64,000 nt of DNA from an uncultured Acidobacteriota bacterium (GCA_963795735.1 CAWCIU010000018.1:1602262-1666261); one strand, 5' to 3'. Shown: positions 17,140-26,122, numbered from the stretch's first letter. Numbers and translations are program-made. Notes: generated by a model not told the origin, from the sequence alone.

Positions 17140-17480
17140 TCCCCAGGGGGAAGATCGCTCGATCGACGGGGAATGGCCCGTTCCCCAGAGTCCTTGAGGC
17201 GTTCCCCGCGGGGAATACCTCCCGAAGCGGAATGCGCATGGCTAAAGCTGGCTTGAAGATCCCGTTCCCCGGCTTTCCGGCTGCATTCCCTAGGCGGAAC
17301 GGCCCGTTCCCCGGGCGGAGCGGGAGCCGGCGGGCGGGGAATGGGGCGCGGCGCTGCCGATGCGGCCCTTTCCCCGGAGATCGCGGCGTGTTCCCCGCGG
17401 AAAATGCCTTTCGCGGGACAGGGAACGCGATGCGTTGGACAGGGAACGGCCCGCGGCGGGCAGGGAATGCCGCCCGCGGG
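17140..17480. repeat. Cluster of about 9 GC-rich palindromes built on TTCCCC/GGGGAA half-sites, for example ggggaatggcccgttcccc and the perfect palindrome ttccccgcggggaa.
   Basis: Copies lie at about 17146 (cttccccagggggaag), 17168, 17200, 17262, 17294 (ggcggaacggcccgttccccgg), 17355, 17389 and 17410-17470 (gacagggaacg x2, cccgcggcggg/cccgcccgcggg). Track ORF 17112-17501 over this region is low-complexity (GNGPFP repeats) and not credible as coding. Confidence 0.45.
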
Positions 17481-17654
17481 CCGGGTTGCAGGGTTCATTG
17501 ACAACTGACACACACGGGCAGGGGGTGATGCGGGGCGTCCCCTGCCGTTGCCATGCCGCGCGGCCTTTCGATCGGCCGGACGCGCCGCGCGGCGTCTTTT
17601 CCCGGCCGTCCCGAGATCCGAGATCCACGATGGGGCCCGGCCGGTCTTCACCAC

Positions 17655-18085
17655 GCCGGCGAGGAAATCCCCCTTACGGCTTTCCCAGCAGATCCATCAA
17701 CACGGCCACCTCCGCCTCCACGCCGGTCGCGATCGTCGGGTCGCGGTCGGGGGCGAAGAGGCTGGAGTGGAGGGAGGGGGGGCTGCTTGCCGGCCGCCGC
17801 GAGCTCCTTGAGCTTCGCGGGATCGCCGGCGCCCAGGCTCCACTGGACCGCCGGGACTCCCGCCAGCCCGTACTCGCTGAAGTCCTCGGAGGCCATCTGC
17901 GACGGCACGTCGACGACGTTGCCGTCGCCGAAGGTCCGGCGCAGGGCCGCCGCGATCCGGGCGGTCAGCTTGGGGTCGTTGTAGGTCGCGGGGCAGCTCT
18001 CGATGACCGCGAAGGCCGGCTCCTTCGGCGCTCCCGCCGCCACCGCCTCGGCCCTGGCGATGCGCTCGATGGCGGCGGATGGCGG
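17655..18085 (-). pseudogene. Duplicated 3' fragment (C-terminal about 145 codons) of the M20 amidohydrolase gene at 20894-22192.
   Basis: About 97% nucleotide identity to 20868-21300. It encodes AAIERIARAEAVAAGAPKEPAFAVIESCPATYNDPKLTARIAAALRRTFGDGNVVDVPSQMASEDFSEYGLAG...AAAGKQPP. No 5' part is present. Confidence 0.7.
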
Positions 18086-18087
18086 CG

Positions 18088-18135
18088 AGTGCCAGCCGAT
18101 CCTCGAGACTCTCTGCTCCGGATCGGCTGGCACTT
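18088..18135. repeat. Palindromic element of about 45 bp (14-bp perfect arms, gtgccagccgatcc…ggatcggctggcac), with a second copy at 22320-22368.
   Basis: The sequence is agtgccagccgatcctcgagactctctgctccggatcggctggcac. The second copy differs by 1 nt. Both copies sit at the 5' side (minus-strand sense) of an M20 gene copy. Confidence 0.55.
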
Positions 18136-18198
18136 GGCACTTGGTGCTGCCTGGAACTGCGCCGGCACCTCGAGCTCGGGGATCTGGGGTAGACTGCT

Positions 18199-19296
18199 GT
18201 GGTTTCATGGAAGGTCCTTACCGTAGTGCTCTCTAACCCCCAGCGCCTTGCCCTGGCAACGAAGCTCTCCCACCTGCGCCAGCCGGTGGCGGAGGCGGTG
18301 ACGGAGCAGTTCTTCCAGCGCCATCCGGACTGGGGGGACCGCTACGGCCCGCGGGGGCGCGAGCGGGGGATCGAGGACGCCCGCTACCACCTCGACTTCC
18401 TCGGCGGCGCCCTGACCGCGGGAGAGCCCCAGGCGTTCGCGGACTACGTGCGCTGGGCGCGGCGAGTGCTCGCGGCGCGCGGCCTCGAGTCCCGCTTCCT
18501 GCGCGAGAACCTGGAGCAGATCGCCGGCGCTCTCGCCGCCCGGCTCGACAGCGACTCGAGGCCCGCCATCGAGGAATTGATGGAGGCCGGCCTCGCGGCT
18601 TGCGACGAGCCGGCCGGCGGCGCCCCCGCAGACGAGGCCGAGGAAGGGGCGCTGGCCGCGGAGCGGCGGCTCTACCTGCAGGCCGTCCTGCGCGGGCAGC
18701 GCGAAGCCGCCATGGGAATCGTGAGCGCGAGCCTCAAAGCCGGCCACCCGGTGCTGGACCTCTATCTCAAGATCCTGCAGCCCGTCCAATACGAGATCGG
18801 CCGCCTCTGGGAGCGCAACGCGATCTCCGTGGCCGAGGAGCACATGGCCACCGCCATCACGCAGTCGGTCATGGCGCGCCTCTACCCCCTGGTGCCCCAG
18901 GAGCGGCAATCCTGCCGCGGCCGGATGGTCCTCACCGGCGTCGAGGGCGAGATGCACCAGGTGGGCGCCAACATGGTCGCCGACGTGGTGGAGATCCACG
19001 GCTGGGAGGTCCGCTTCCTCGGCACCAACCTCCCCCAGGAGGGCATCCTGCGCGTCGTCGAGGAGCAGCGGCCGGACGTCGTGGGAGTCTCGGCGACGAT
19101 GCTGTTCAATCTTACGCGGGTGCGGAGCCTGATCGAGGCGGTCCACGCCCTGCCGATCCCGCGGCCCCGGGTCCTCGTCGGCGGCGCGGCGTTCCGGACG
19201 GCGGCCGGCGCCTGGAAGGAGGTCGGCGCGGACGCCTGCGCCCTCGACCTCGAGCAGGCGATCGAGCTCTTGTGCGGCGACGGCGTTGCCGCCTGA
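18199..19296 (+). CDS. Cobalamin (B12)-binding domain protein with an N-terminal helical domain; a putative B12-dependent sensor or regulator.
   Basis: The C-terminal B12-binding Rossmann motif is RMVLTGVEGEMHQVGANMVADVVEIHGWEVRFLGTNLPQEGILRVVEEQRPDVVGVSATMLFNL. The start may be a non-ATG codon. Confidence 0.7.
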   Translation: MVSWKVLTVVLSNPQRLALATKLSHLRQPVAEAVTEQFFQRHPDWGDRYGPRGRERGIEDARYHLDFLGGALTAGEPQAFADYVRWARRVLAARGLESRFLRENLEQIAGALAARLDSDSRPAIEELMEAGLAACDEPAGGAPADEAEEGALAAERRLYLQAVLRGQREAAMGIVSASLKAGHPVLDLYLKILQPVQYEIGRLWERNAISVAEEHMATAITQSVMARLYPLVPQERQSCRGRMVLTGVEGEMHQVGANMVADVVEIHGWEVRFLGTNLPQEGILRVVEEQRPDVVGVSATMLFNLTRVRSLIEAVHALPIPRPRVLVGGAAFRTAAGAWKEVGADACALDLEQAIELLCGDGVAA

Positions 19297-19311
19297 CCCG
19301 AAAGGAAGTGC

Positions 19312-20838
19312 ATGGTCCTCGCGCTCTCACGCTTTCGGGTCGTCAACGGTATGGAAGAGCAGGTCGCGGAGGCCTTCCTCAACCGCCCGCACCTGGTGGA
19401 GGAGGCCGCCGGCTTCCTCGGAATGGAGGTCTTCCGTGACCGCCGCGACTCCAAAGCCTTCTATCTGGCCACCCGCTGGAGTGACGAGAGGTGCTTCCGG
19501 GAGTGGCACCGCAGTGAGGCGCACCACAGATCGCACCTGGGGATCCCCGGCGGCCTGAAGCTCGATCCCTCCTTCACCGAGGTCCGGGAGCTCGAGCGGA
19601 TCGAGGAGCCGGGCGAGGCCTCCTTCGAGATCGCCGACGCCAGCTTGCTGTTCGGCCATTTTGTCGGCCAGACCTCCTGCACGCTGTTCCTGCGCTGCAC
19701 GACCGACGGCACCCTCCTGGCCTGCAATCCGGCGATGGCGGAGCTCTTCGGCACGCCCGCTCCAGCCCTTGTGGGCCAGCCGCTCTGGAGCCACCTGACC
19801 GATTCCAACGCGGAGCTCCTGCGGGCGCGCATCGCGACCGCGGCGCGCCGGCCGGGGGAGCGGTTCAGGCTCAACGTCTGCGACTCCGCGCACGCGCCTC
19901 ACACTCTCGAATGTCACCTGGACCTGCGTCCCGACGGCTTCTTGCTGATCGGCGAGCGGGACTATTCCGGAGCCGAGCGGCTGCAGAGCGAGCTGCTCGT
20001 GCTCAACCAGGAGCTGGCGGTGATGGCGCGCGAGCGCGGCCAGGCGCTGGCCCGGCTCCAGCGAGTCGAGCAGGAGCTCGAGCGGCTGCTCGCCAGCGAG
20101 CGGCTGGCGCGCGCCGAGGCGGAAAAAGCGAACCGCCGCAAGGACGAGATCCTGGCCATGGTCTCCCACGACCTGCGCGCGCCGCTCGGCGCGATCTCGG
20201 GCTGGGCCCAGCTCCTGGCCGCCGGCCAGCTCGGCGCCGAAGGCATCGCCCGCGCCATCGCCGCCATCCAGCGCAACGCCGGTCTCCAGGCGCAGTTGAT
20301 CGAAGACCTGCTGGACGTGGCCCGCGCCCAGGCCGGCACGCTGCGGTTCGCCCCCCGGCCGATGGATCCGGCGGCGGTGGTCGAGACCGTCCTCGAGATG
20401 GAAAGGCCCACCGCCACGGCGAAGGGGGTTTCGCTGGAGCACGCGGTGACGGGCGGCGCGGCGATCCTGGTGCTGGCCGATCCGGCGCGGCTGGGGCAAG
20501 CGCTCGGCAACCTGGTGGTCAACGCCGTCAACTTCACGCCGGCGGGGGGGCTCATCGAGGTGCGGCTCGAGCCGGAGGGAGACGCGCTGGCGATCCGTAT
20601 CCAGGACTCCGGAGTGGGGATCGACGCCGCGTTTCTCCCTCACATCTTCGACCGCTTCCGCCAGAGCCGGACGGAACCGGGCGTCAAGGAGTCCGGCCTG
20701 GGGCTGGGGCTCGCCATCGCCCGCGACCTGATCGAGCTCCAGGGCGGCACGATCGAGGCCACGAGCGGCGGCCCCGGCCAGGGGGCGACCTTCACGGTGA
20801 GGCTGCCCCGCCATCCCGTCCCGGCGTCGAGCGCGTGA
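19312..20838 (+). CDS. Sensor histidine kinase with an N-terminal ABM (antibiotic-biosynthesis-monooxygenase/IsdG-like) domain, then PAS, then HisKA, then HATPase_c.
   Basis: The ABM-like N-terminus is MVLALSRFRVVNGMEEQVAEAFLNRPHLVEEAAGFLGMEVFRDRRDSKAFYLATRWSDERCFREWHRSEAHH. The H-box is ILAMVSHDLRAPLGAISGWAQLL. The G-boxes include GLGLGLAIARDLIELQGGTIEA. The gene starts 16 nt after the B12-protein gene. Confidence 0.8.
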   Translation: MVLALSRFRVVNGMEEQVAEAFLNRPHLVEEAAGFLGMEVFRDRRDSKAFYLATRWSDERCFREWHRSEAHHRSHLGIPGGLKLDPSFTEVRELERIEEPGEASFEIADASLLFGHFVGQTSCTLFLRCTTDGTLLACNPAMAELFGTPAPALVGQPLWSHLTDSNAELLRARIATAARRPGERFRLNVCDSAHAPHTLECHLDLRPDGFLLIGERDYSGAERLQSELLVLNQELAVMARERGQALARLQRVEQELERLLASERLARAEAEKANRRKDEILAMVSHDLRAPLGAISGWAQLLAAGQLGAEGIARAIAAIQRNAGLQAQLIEDLLDVARAQAGTLRFAPRPMDPAAVVETVLEMERPTATAKGVSLEHAVTGGAAILVLADPARLGQALGNLVVNAVNFTPAGGLIEVRLEPEGDALAIRIQDSGVGIDAAFLPHIFDRFRQSRTEPGVKESGLGLGLAIARDLIELQGGTIEATSGGPGQGATFTVRLPRHPVPASSA

Positions 20839-20893
20839 TCTTCTACGCGTGATCTTCTAAGGGACTCCAAGGACGCCGGCGAGGAAATCTCCC

Positions 20894-22192
20894 TTACGGC
20901 TTTCCCAGCAGGTCCATCAACACGGCCACCTCCGCCTCCACGCCGGTCGCGATCGTCGGGTCGCGGTCGGGGGCGAAAAGGCTGGAGTGGAGGGAGGGGG
21001 GCTGCTTGCCGGCCGCCGCGAGCTCCTTGAGCTTCGCGGGATCGCCGGCGCCCAGGCTCCACTGGACCGCCGGGGCTCCCGCCAGCCCGTACTCGCTGAA
21101 GTCCTCGGAGGCCATCTGCGACGGCACGTCGACGACGTTGCCCTCCCCGAAGGTCCGGCGGAGGGCCGCCGCGATCCGGGCGGTCAGCTTGGGGTCGTTG
21201 TAGGTCGCGGGGCAGCTCTCGATGACCGCGAAGGCCGGCTCCTTGGGCGCTCCCGCCGCCGTCGCCTCGGCCCTGGCAATGCGCTCGATGGCGGCGAGGA
21301 TGTGCTTCCGGACCTCCTCCTTGTAGGCGCGGACGGTGATCTGCAGCTTCACCTCGTCGGGGATGATGTTGTGCTTGTTGCCGCCATGGATCGAGCCCAC
21401 GGTGACAACCGCCGGGTCCTGCGGGTCCTTCTCGCGGGCGATGATCGTCTGCAGCGCCAGGACCGTGCGGGCGGCGATCACGATGGGATCGACGGTCGTC
21501 TGCGGCGAGGCGCCGTGGCCCCCCTTGCCGTAGATCGTCAGGTCGACCGAGTCGGAAGTTCGCGAGGGCATAGCCCGAGGTGACGCCGAGCTGGCCGGCC
21601 GGCAGGTTCGGGCTATCGTGGAGGGCCACCACGAAATCGGGCTTGGGAAAACGGGTGAAGAGCCCGTCCTTGAGCATCGCCCGGGCGCCCCGGATCCTCT
21701 CCTCGGCGGGCTGGCCGATGAAGACGAGGGTGCCGTGCCAGTCGGCCTTGCGGCGCGCCATCTCGGCCGCCGTCCCCACCAGGGCCGTCATGTGGACGTC
21801 GTGCCCGCAGGCGTGCATCACCGGCACCTCGGCACCCGAGTCGTCCTTGACCCGCACCGTGCTGGCATAGGAAGGCCGGTCTTCTCCTCAACCGGCAGGG
21901 CGTCGAGCTCGGTCCGCAGCATCACGGTGGGGCCGGAGCCGTTCTTGAGCACCCCCACCACCCCGGTGCCGCCGACCCCGGTCGTCACCTCGAAGCCCGC
22001 CTGGCAGAGCCGGGCGGCGACCTTGGCGGCCGTCTTCTCCTCGTGCAGCGAAAGCTCCGGGTGTTGGTGGAGGTCGACGTAGAAATCCCGGAGATCCGGC
22101 GACAGGGCTTTGGGAGCCGGGGCCGCCGGCCCAGGTATGGCGCGGAGCAGGGAGAGGAGAGCGAGTGAAGCCACGACGGGGAAGCGAGGCAT
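20894..22192 (-). pseudogene. M20/M25/M40 family amidohydrolase (hippurate-hydrolase/aminoacylase-like) with a signal peptide, split over three frames by two single-nucleotide frameshifts.
   Basis: Frame a (21818-22192) reads MPRFPVVASLALLSLLRAIPG...LRTELDALPVEEKTGLP. Frame b then reads YASTVRVKDDSGAEVPVMHACGHDVHMTALVG...GYALANF. Frame c then reads DSVDLTIYGKGGHGASPQTTVDP... to the end. Junction 1, at about 21855, has one T missing from a TT run (ccttcct|atgcc instead of ccttccttatgcc). Junction 2, at about 21570, has an extra C in ttcc. Confidence 0.7.
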
Positions 22193-22475
22193 AGGGTCTC
22201 CGTGAAGAGGGAATCCTGCGGGTGAGCCTACCAGGAGCCTTCCCGGGCGTCCATGCAGGAGCCCTCGCGCCGGCCACCCGAGGCCTACGGCACCCTGTTG
22301 ACGGGTGACCGTGACGTCCGCGCCACGACGAGTGCCAGCCGATCCTCGAGACTCTCTGCTCCCGATCGGCTGGCACCTGGTGCCGCCGGTTAGTGCGTTG
22401 ATCGCAAGAGTCGGCGGTGTTCCTCTGACAGAGGTCCGGTTCTTTGACCCAGGGATTCTCTTTCCTCACCCACAG

Positions 22476-22730
22476 GTCACGTTCTCTGACCTCCAGGTCA
22501 CGTTCTCTGACCTCCAGGTCACGTTCTCTGACCTCCAGGTCACGTTCTCTGACCCACAGGTCACGCTCTCCGACCTCCAGGTCACGCTCTCTGACCCAAA
22601 GGTCACGCTCTCTGACCCACAGGTCACGCTCTCCGACCTCCAGGTCACGGTCTCTGACCTCCAGGTCACGCTCTCCGACCCACAGGTCACGCTCTTCGAC
22701 CCAACCGGCCCGAGACTCACCATGGTCCGC
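22476..22730. repeat. Tandem array of 12 copies of a 21-bp unit, ctccaggtcacg(t/c)tctctgac, with no spacers.
   Basis: Units differ by 1-3 nt (ccacag/ctccag/ccaaag; gttctct/gctctcc/ggtctct). Each unit junction forms the palindrome TGACCtccaGGTCA, so GGTCA/TGACC half-sites recur every 21 bp. In-frame translation gives QVTFSDL or SRSLTSR heptads, but no credible start or ribosome-binding site is present. Confidence 0.65.
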
Positions 22731-22818
22731 CGGTCATCACCAGGAGGGCGCGGCTCGCCGGTGGGACCTTGGCGCACCTTCCTCTTTGAACGCAGGTCTT
22801 TTCAAGGAGGTCGGCACG

Positions 22819-23046
22819 ATGAGATCACGTCGGATGTGGAGCCGGTTGGCGTTGCTGGGATGTCTCGGGGTGTCCGTCCTGCTGGGCTCCGGACACGGCA
22901 AGGCCGCCCTGGCCACGACCTGCCCGATGGGCGGTCCCTACTGCACCTCGGATCCGGTTTGCGTGACGTACTGTCAGGGAGTGACCGGCTTCACGGACGG
23001 GCACCACTGCATCGTCAGCACGCATTGCTGCCGCTGCGCCCTGTAG
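22819..23046 (+). CDS. Small secreted cysteine-rich peptide (75 aa; 9 Cys in a mature region of about 50 aa, C-terminal HCCRC).
   Basis: MRSRRMWSRLALLGCLGVSVLLGSGHGKAALATTCPMGGPYCTSDPVCVTYCQGVTGFTDGHHCIVSTHCCRCAL. An AGGAGG ribosome-binding site lies 8 nt upstream. This is an internal start of track ORF 22444-23046. Confidence 0.6.
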   Translation: MRSRRMWSRLALLGCLGVSVLLGSGHGKAALATTCPMGGPYCTSDPVCVTYCQGVTGFTDGHHCIVSTHCCRCAL

Positions 23047-23072
23047 CGGTCCGGCGGCACCGCTTTTGGAGC
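23047..23072 (+). terminator. Putative rho-independent terminator after the Cys-rich peptide gene.
   Basis: A GC-rich hairpin, gcggtccggcggcaccgc, is followed by TTTTGG directly after the TAG stop. Confidence 0.45.
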
Positions 23073-23240
23073 TGCATGCCGGCAATGCATGCTTGTTCTT
23101 GCATATCCGCAACTCGCTTGATCTGCGCCATGCTGGCCTGTACAGTAGGGCGGTCCGGCGGCGCCCGGGGCCGTCCCGGGAGACGCCGGACCGCTTAGCC
23201 CTCCGCCTCTGGGGGGCCCAACTGGAAAGGGGAATACTCC

Positions 23241-23435
23241 ATGATCCGTAAGATCGTCCTTGGACTCGTGCTCACCGGCGCTCTGGCCGCCACCTCGTAC
23301 GCCGACAAGTGCGTCCCGAACCCGAACCCGATCTGCTATCAGATCTACGCGCCGGTCACCTGCAGCAACGGCGTGACCTACACCAACCAGTGCTACGCGA
23401 CCGCCGCCTGCGCGGTGGGCTGCCACCCCGCCTAG
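23241..23435 (+). CDS. Small secreted Kazal-like domain peptide (64 aa), a putative serine-protease inhibitor.
   Basis: [21 protein letters not shown] signal peptide, then [38 protein letters not shown]. This has six Cys in Kazal spacing (C-x7-C-x7-YAPVxC-x-NGVTYxNxC-x6-C-x3-C). A GAAAGGGGAA ribosome-binding-site region lies upstream. Confidence 0.6.
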   Translation: MIRKIVLGLVLTGALAATSYADKCVPNPNPICYQIYAPVTCSNGVTYTNQCYATAACAVGCHPA

Positions 23436-23483
23436 CCCCTCCCCGAGTCCGGTCCCGCGAAGGCGCGGGGCCGGACCGGACCT

Positions 23484-26122
23484 TCAGCGCGCGTCCCGGG
23501 CCGCCGCGGTGAGCGCGGAGAGCACCCGCCGGTACTCCTCTTCGAGCGCCGCCAGGGGGACGGCGCAGGCTTCGACCTCGGTGTTGGGCGCCAGCCGCTC
23601 GAGCTCGCCACAGAGCATCGACAGGCCCATCGCCCCCAGCACCCCGCTGGTGCCCCGCAGCGCGTGCGCCCTCCGCCGGAGCAGCGGCCAGTCGCCGCGG
23701 GTGACCGCCGAGCGGATCTCGGTCACGTGCGCCTGCGCCTGGAACGTTTCCGCGATCTCGCCCAGCACGTCCCGCCCCACCGCCCGCCCCAGCGCCCGCA
23801 GCTCCGTGAGCCGGTCGCCGTCGAGCGGCGGCAGGGGCTCGGGCGGAGCGGCGAGGCCGTCCGGCACGGCCGCGAAGCACTCCGGCTCCGGGAGGCCGGC
23901 GCCGGCGTCCTCCAGCCAGCGCTCCAGCTTGCGCCGCAGGACCTCCTCCAGGAAGGGCTTGGTGACGTAGTCGTTCATGCCCACGGCGAGGCAGCGCTCC
24001 AGCTCCTCCCGCATGGCATGGGCGGTCAGCGCCACGATGGGGATCTGCCGGGTCTTCTCCGGACCTTCGCGGATGCGGCGCGAGGCCTCGTAGCCGTCGA
24101 GCTCCGGCATCTGGCAGTCCATCAGGACGAGGTCGAAGCCGCCGCTCTCCAGCGCCTCCAGGGCCTCCCGCCCGTTGTTGACGGCCACCACGTCGTAGCC
24201 CATCACCGTGAGCTGCTCGACGACGACGAGCTGATTGATCACGTTGTCCTCCGCCACCAGGATGCGCCGCCGCCGGCCTCCCGGCCGCGCGGCCGCCTCG
24301 CTCCCCGGCGGGCAGCCGTCCGGCGCCGAAGCGGCCTCGAGCTCGAGGACGAACCAGAAGGTCGAGCCCTCCCCGGGCCGGCTCTCGAAGCCGATCTCGC
24401 CGCCCATCCGCTCGACGATCCGCCGGCTGATCGCAAGCCCCAGCCCGGTGCCGCCGAAGCGCCGCGAGGTCGAGCTGTCGGCCTGGGAGAAGAGCCCGAA
24501 GAGCCGCCCCTGGGACTCCAGGGGAATGCCGATCCCGGTGTCGCGGACGGCGAACCGCAGCCGGCCGCCGGCGAGCCGCCGCGCCTCGACGTCGACCGTC
24601 CCGGCGGTGGTGAACTTCACCGCGTTGCCCACCAGGTTGGTGAGCACCTGGCGCAGGCGCCCGGGATCCCCCCAGGCCCACTCCGGCACCCCCTCGCCGA
24701 AGGTGAGGTTGAGCTCGGTGTCGTGGCTGCCGGCGGTGAACCGCAGCAGCTCGACGATCTCGCGCAGCGTGCCCGTCAGATCGAAGCACACCCGCTCGAG
24801 CACCAGCTCGCCGGCCTCGATCTTGGAGAAATCCAGAATGTCGTCGATCAGCCGCAGCAGCGAGGCCGCCGAGCTTCTGGATCAGCTCGGCGTAGTCGTT
24901 CTGCTGCGCCGACAGACCCGTCTTGCGCAGCAGCCCGATCAGGCCCAGGACCCCTGCCATCGGCGTCCGGATCTCGTGGCTCATGTTGGCCAGGAACCGC
25001 CCCTTGGCCTGGTCGGCCTGCTCGGCCGCCTCCTTGGCCAGCCGCAGCTCCTCGGTCCGGCGGCGCTCCGTGACGTCCCGGTTGATGCTGAGGATCGCCG
25101 GCCGGCCCTCGTATTCGATGAACGAAGCGTTGATCTCGAGGAACATCCGGCTGCCGTCCTTGCGGAGCTGGGTCGACTCGAAGTTGTAGAAGACCCCCCG
25201 CTCCATGGTCTCGGCGACCTGCTGGCGGCCGCGCTCGACGTTCTCGGAGATGTCCTCCAGCGACAGGCCGATGAACTCTTCGCGGCTCATGCCGTAGATC
25301 TCGCAGGCCCGGCGGTTGACGTTGAGGACGATCTCCCGCTCGGGCGAGAAGATGAGGATGGGATCGTGAGCGCTCTCGAAGATCCGGCGGTAGTCGAGGC
25401 TCGCCTTGCGCAGCTCCTCGGCGCGCTGGTCGGCCCGCCGCTCGAGCTCGTCGCGGTCCTGGCGGAGCTTCTGCTTGAGCGGCCTCCAGCTCCGCGGTCC
25501 GGACGGCGAGCTGGTGGGACCGCAGGAGCCCTGTCCAGCGGTCGCGGTAAAGCTGGCCGCCCAGCAGGAGGAGATAGAGGAAGAAGGTGGCCAGGCAGAG
25601 GTACTCCCAGCGCCCCAGGTGCCACCGGGTCGAGCCGAAGACGCCGGCGAGGGAGAGGAGCACCGGCAGGACCAGCAGGGCGACGAAGGCGCAGACGACG
25701 CGGGGCGCGTGGGGATAGAGGATGACGCTCAGGCTCGCGGCCACCGCGACGAGGATGAGGACGAAGAACGATTGGATGCCGGGGCCGAGGCTCGTCAACA
25801 CGGCGCCGGCCAGCCCACCGAGAAGCAGGCCCTTCAGGACGACCGCGGAGTAAAAGGCGATCCGCCACCGCCGGGGGCTGGCCTGGAAGAGCGGCTCGAA
25901 CCGCTGGATCAGATAGACGCGCAGGGCGGCGAGAGCGAGGACGGCGATCGCGGAGACGTCGAAAAACAGAGGGGCCCGCTTCGGCAGGTCCGCCGTCAGC
26001 CCGAGGACCAGCAGCGCGAACGGATAGCTCAGCGCCCCCGCGAGGGAGCGCCGGGCGGACAGCCGATCCGCGGCTTCCCTGACCGCGGGCGGAATCGGAC
26101 GCGGACTCTCCGATCGTGACAA
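23484..26122 (-). pseudogene. Hybrid sensor histidine kinase (N-terminal 5-6 TM sensor, PAS, HisKA, HATPase_c, REC, Hpt) interrupted by two single-nucleotide frameshifts.
   Basis: Track ORF 24848-26122 carries the membrane domain. ORF 23356-25290 carries PAS and the HisKA start ([23 protein letters not shown]). ORF 23484-24803 carries the rest (…[29 protein letters not shown]…[24 protein letters not shown]…[11 protein letters not shown]…[22 protein letters not shown]…Hpt). The frame junctions are at about 25465 (…AELEAAQ | [12 protein letters not shown]…) and about 24862 (…ELIQK | [11 protein letters not shown]…). Confidence 0.65.

Noticed and set aside
17112-17501. A 129-aa ORF with GNGPFP-like repeats.
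   Set aside because: It is a translation of the GGGGAA/TTCCCC palindrome cluster, with low complexity, no ribosome-binding site and no homolog-like features.
18205-19146. Minus-strand ORFs of 313, 279 and 190 aa overlapping the B12-binding gene, and similar ones over the histidine-kinase gene (19327-20814).
   Set aside because: They are shadow ORFs of strongly supported plus-strand genes, with biased Arg/Pro/Gly composition.
22476-22730. Possible CRISPR array.
   Set aside because: The repeats are directly abutting with no unique spacers, the unit is only 21 bp, and there are no cas genes nearby.
22305-23198. A 297-aa ORF, and ORF 22444-23046, reading through the 21-bp tandem repeat as QVTFSDL or SRSLTSR heptads.
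   Set aside because: They have no ribosome-binding site or plausible start. They read through the well-supported Cys-peptide gene, in another frame for the 297-aa ORF, and their composition is repeat-driven. I treat the array as non-coding DNA, but flagged the SR-rich in-frame possibility in the findings.
23356-25290. Treating the 644-aa and 439-aa ORFs as two separate kinase genes.
   Set aside because: The HisKA domain is split exactly at the junction (…ELIQK / [21 protein letters not shown]…), so they are one gene with a 1-nt indel.
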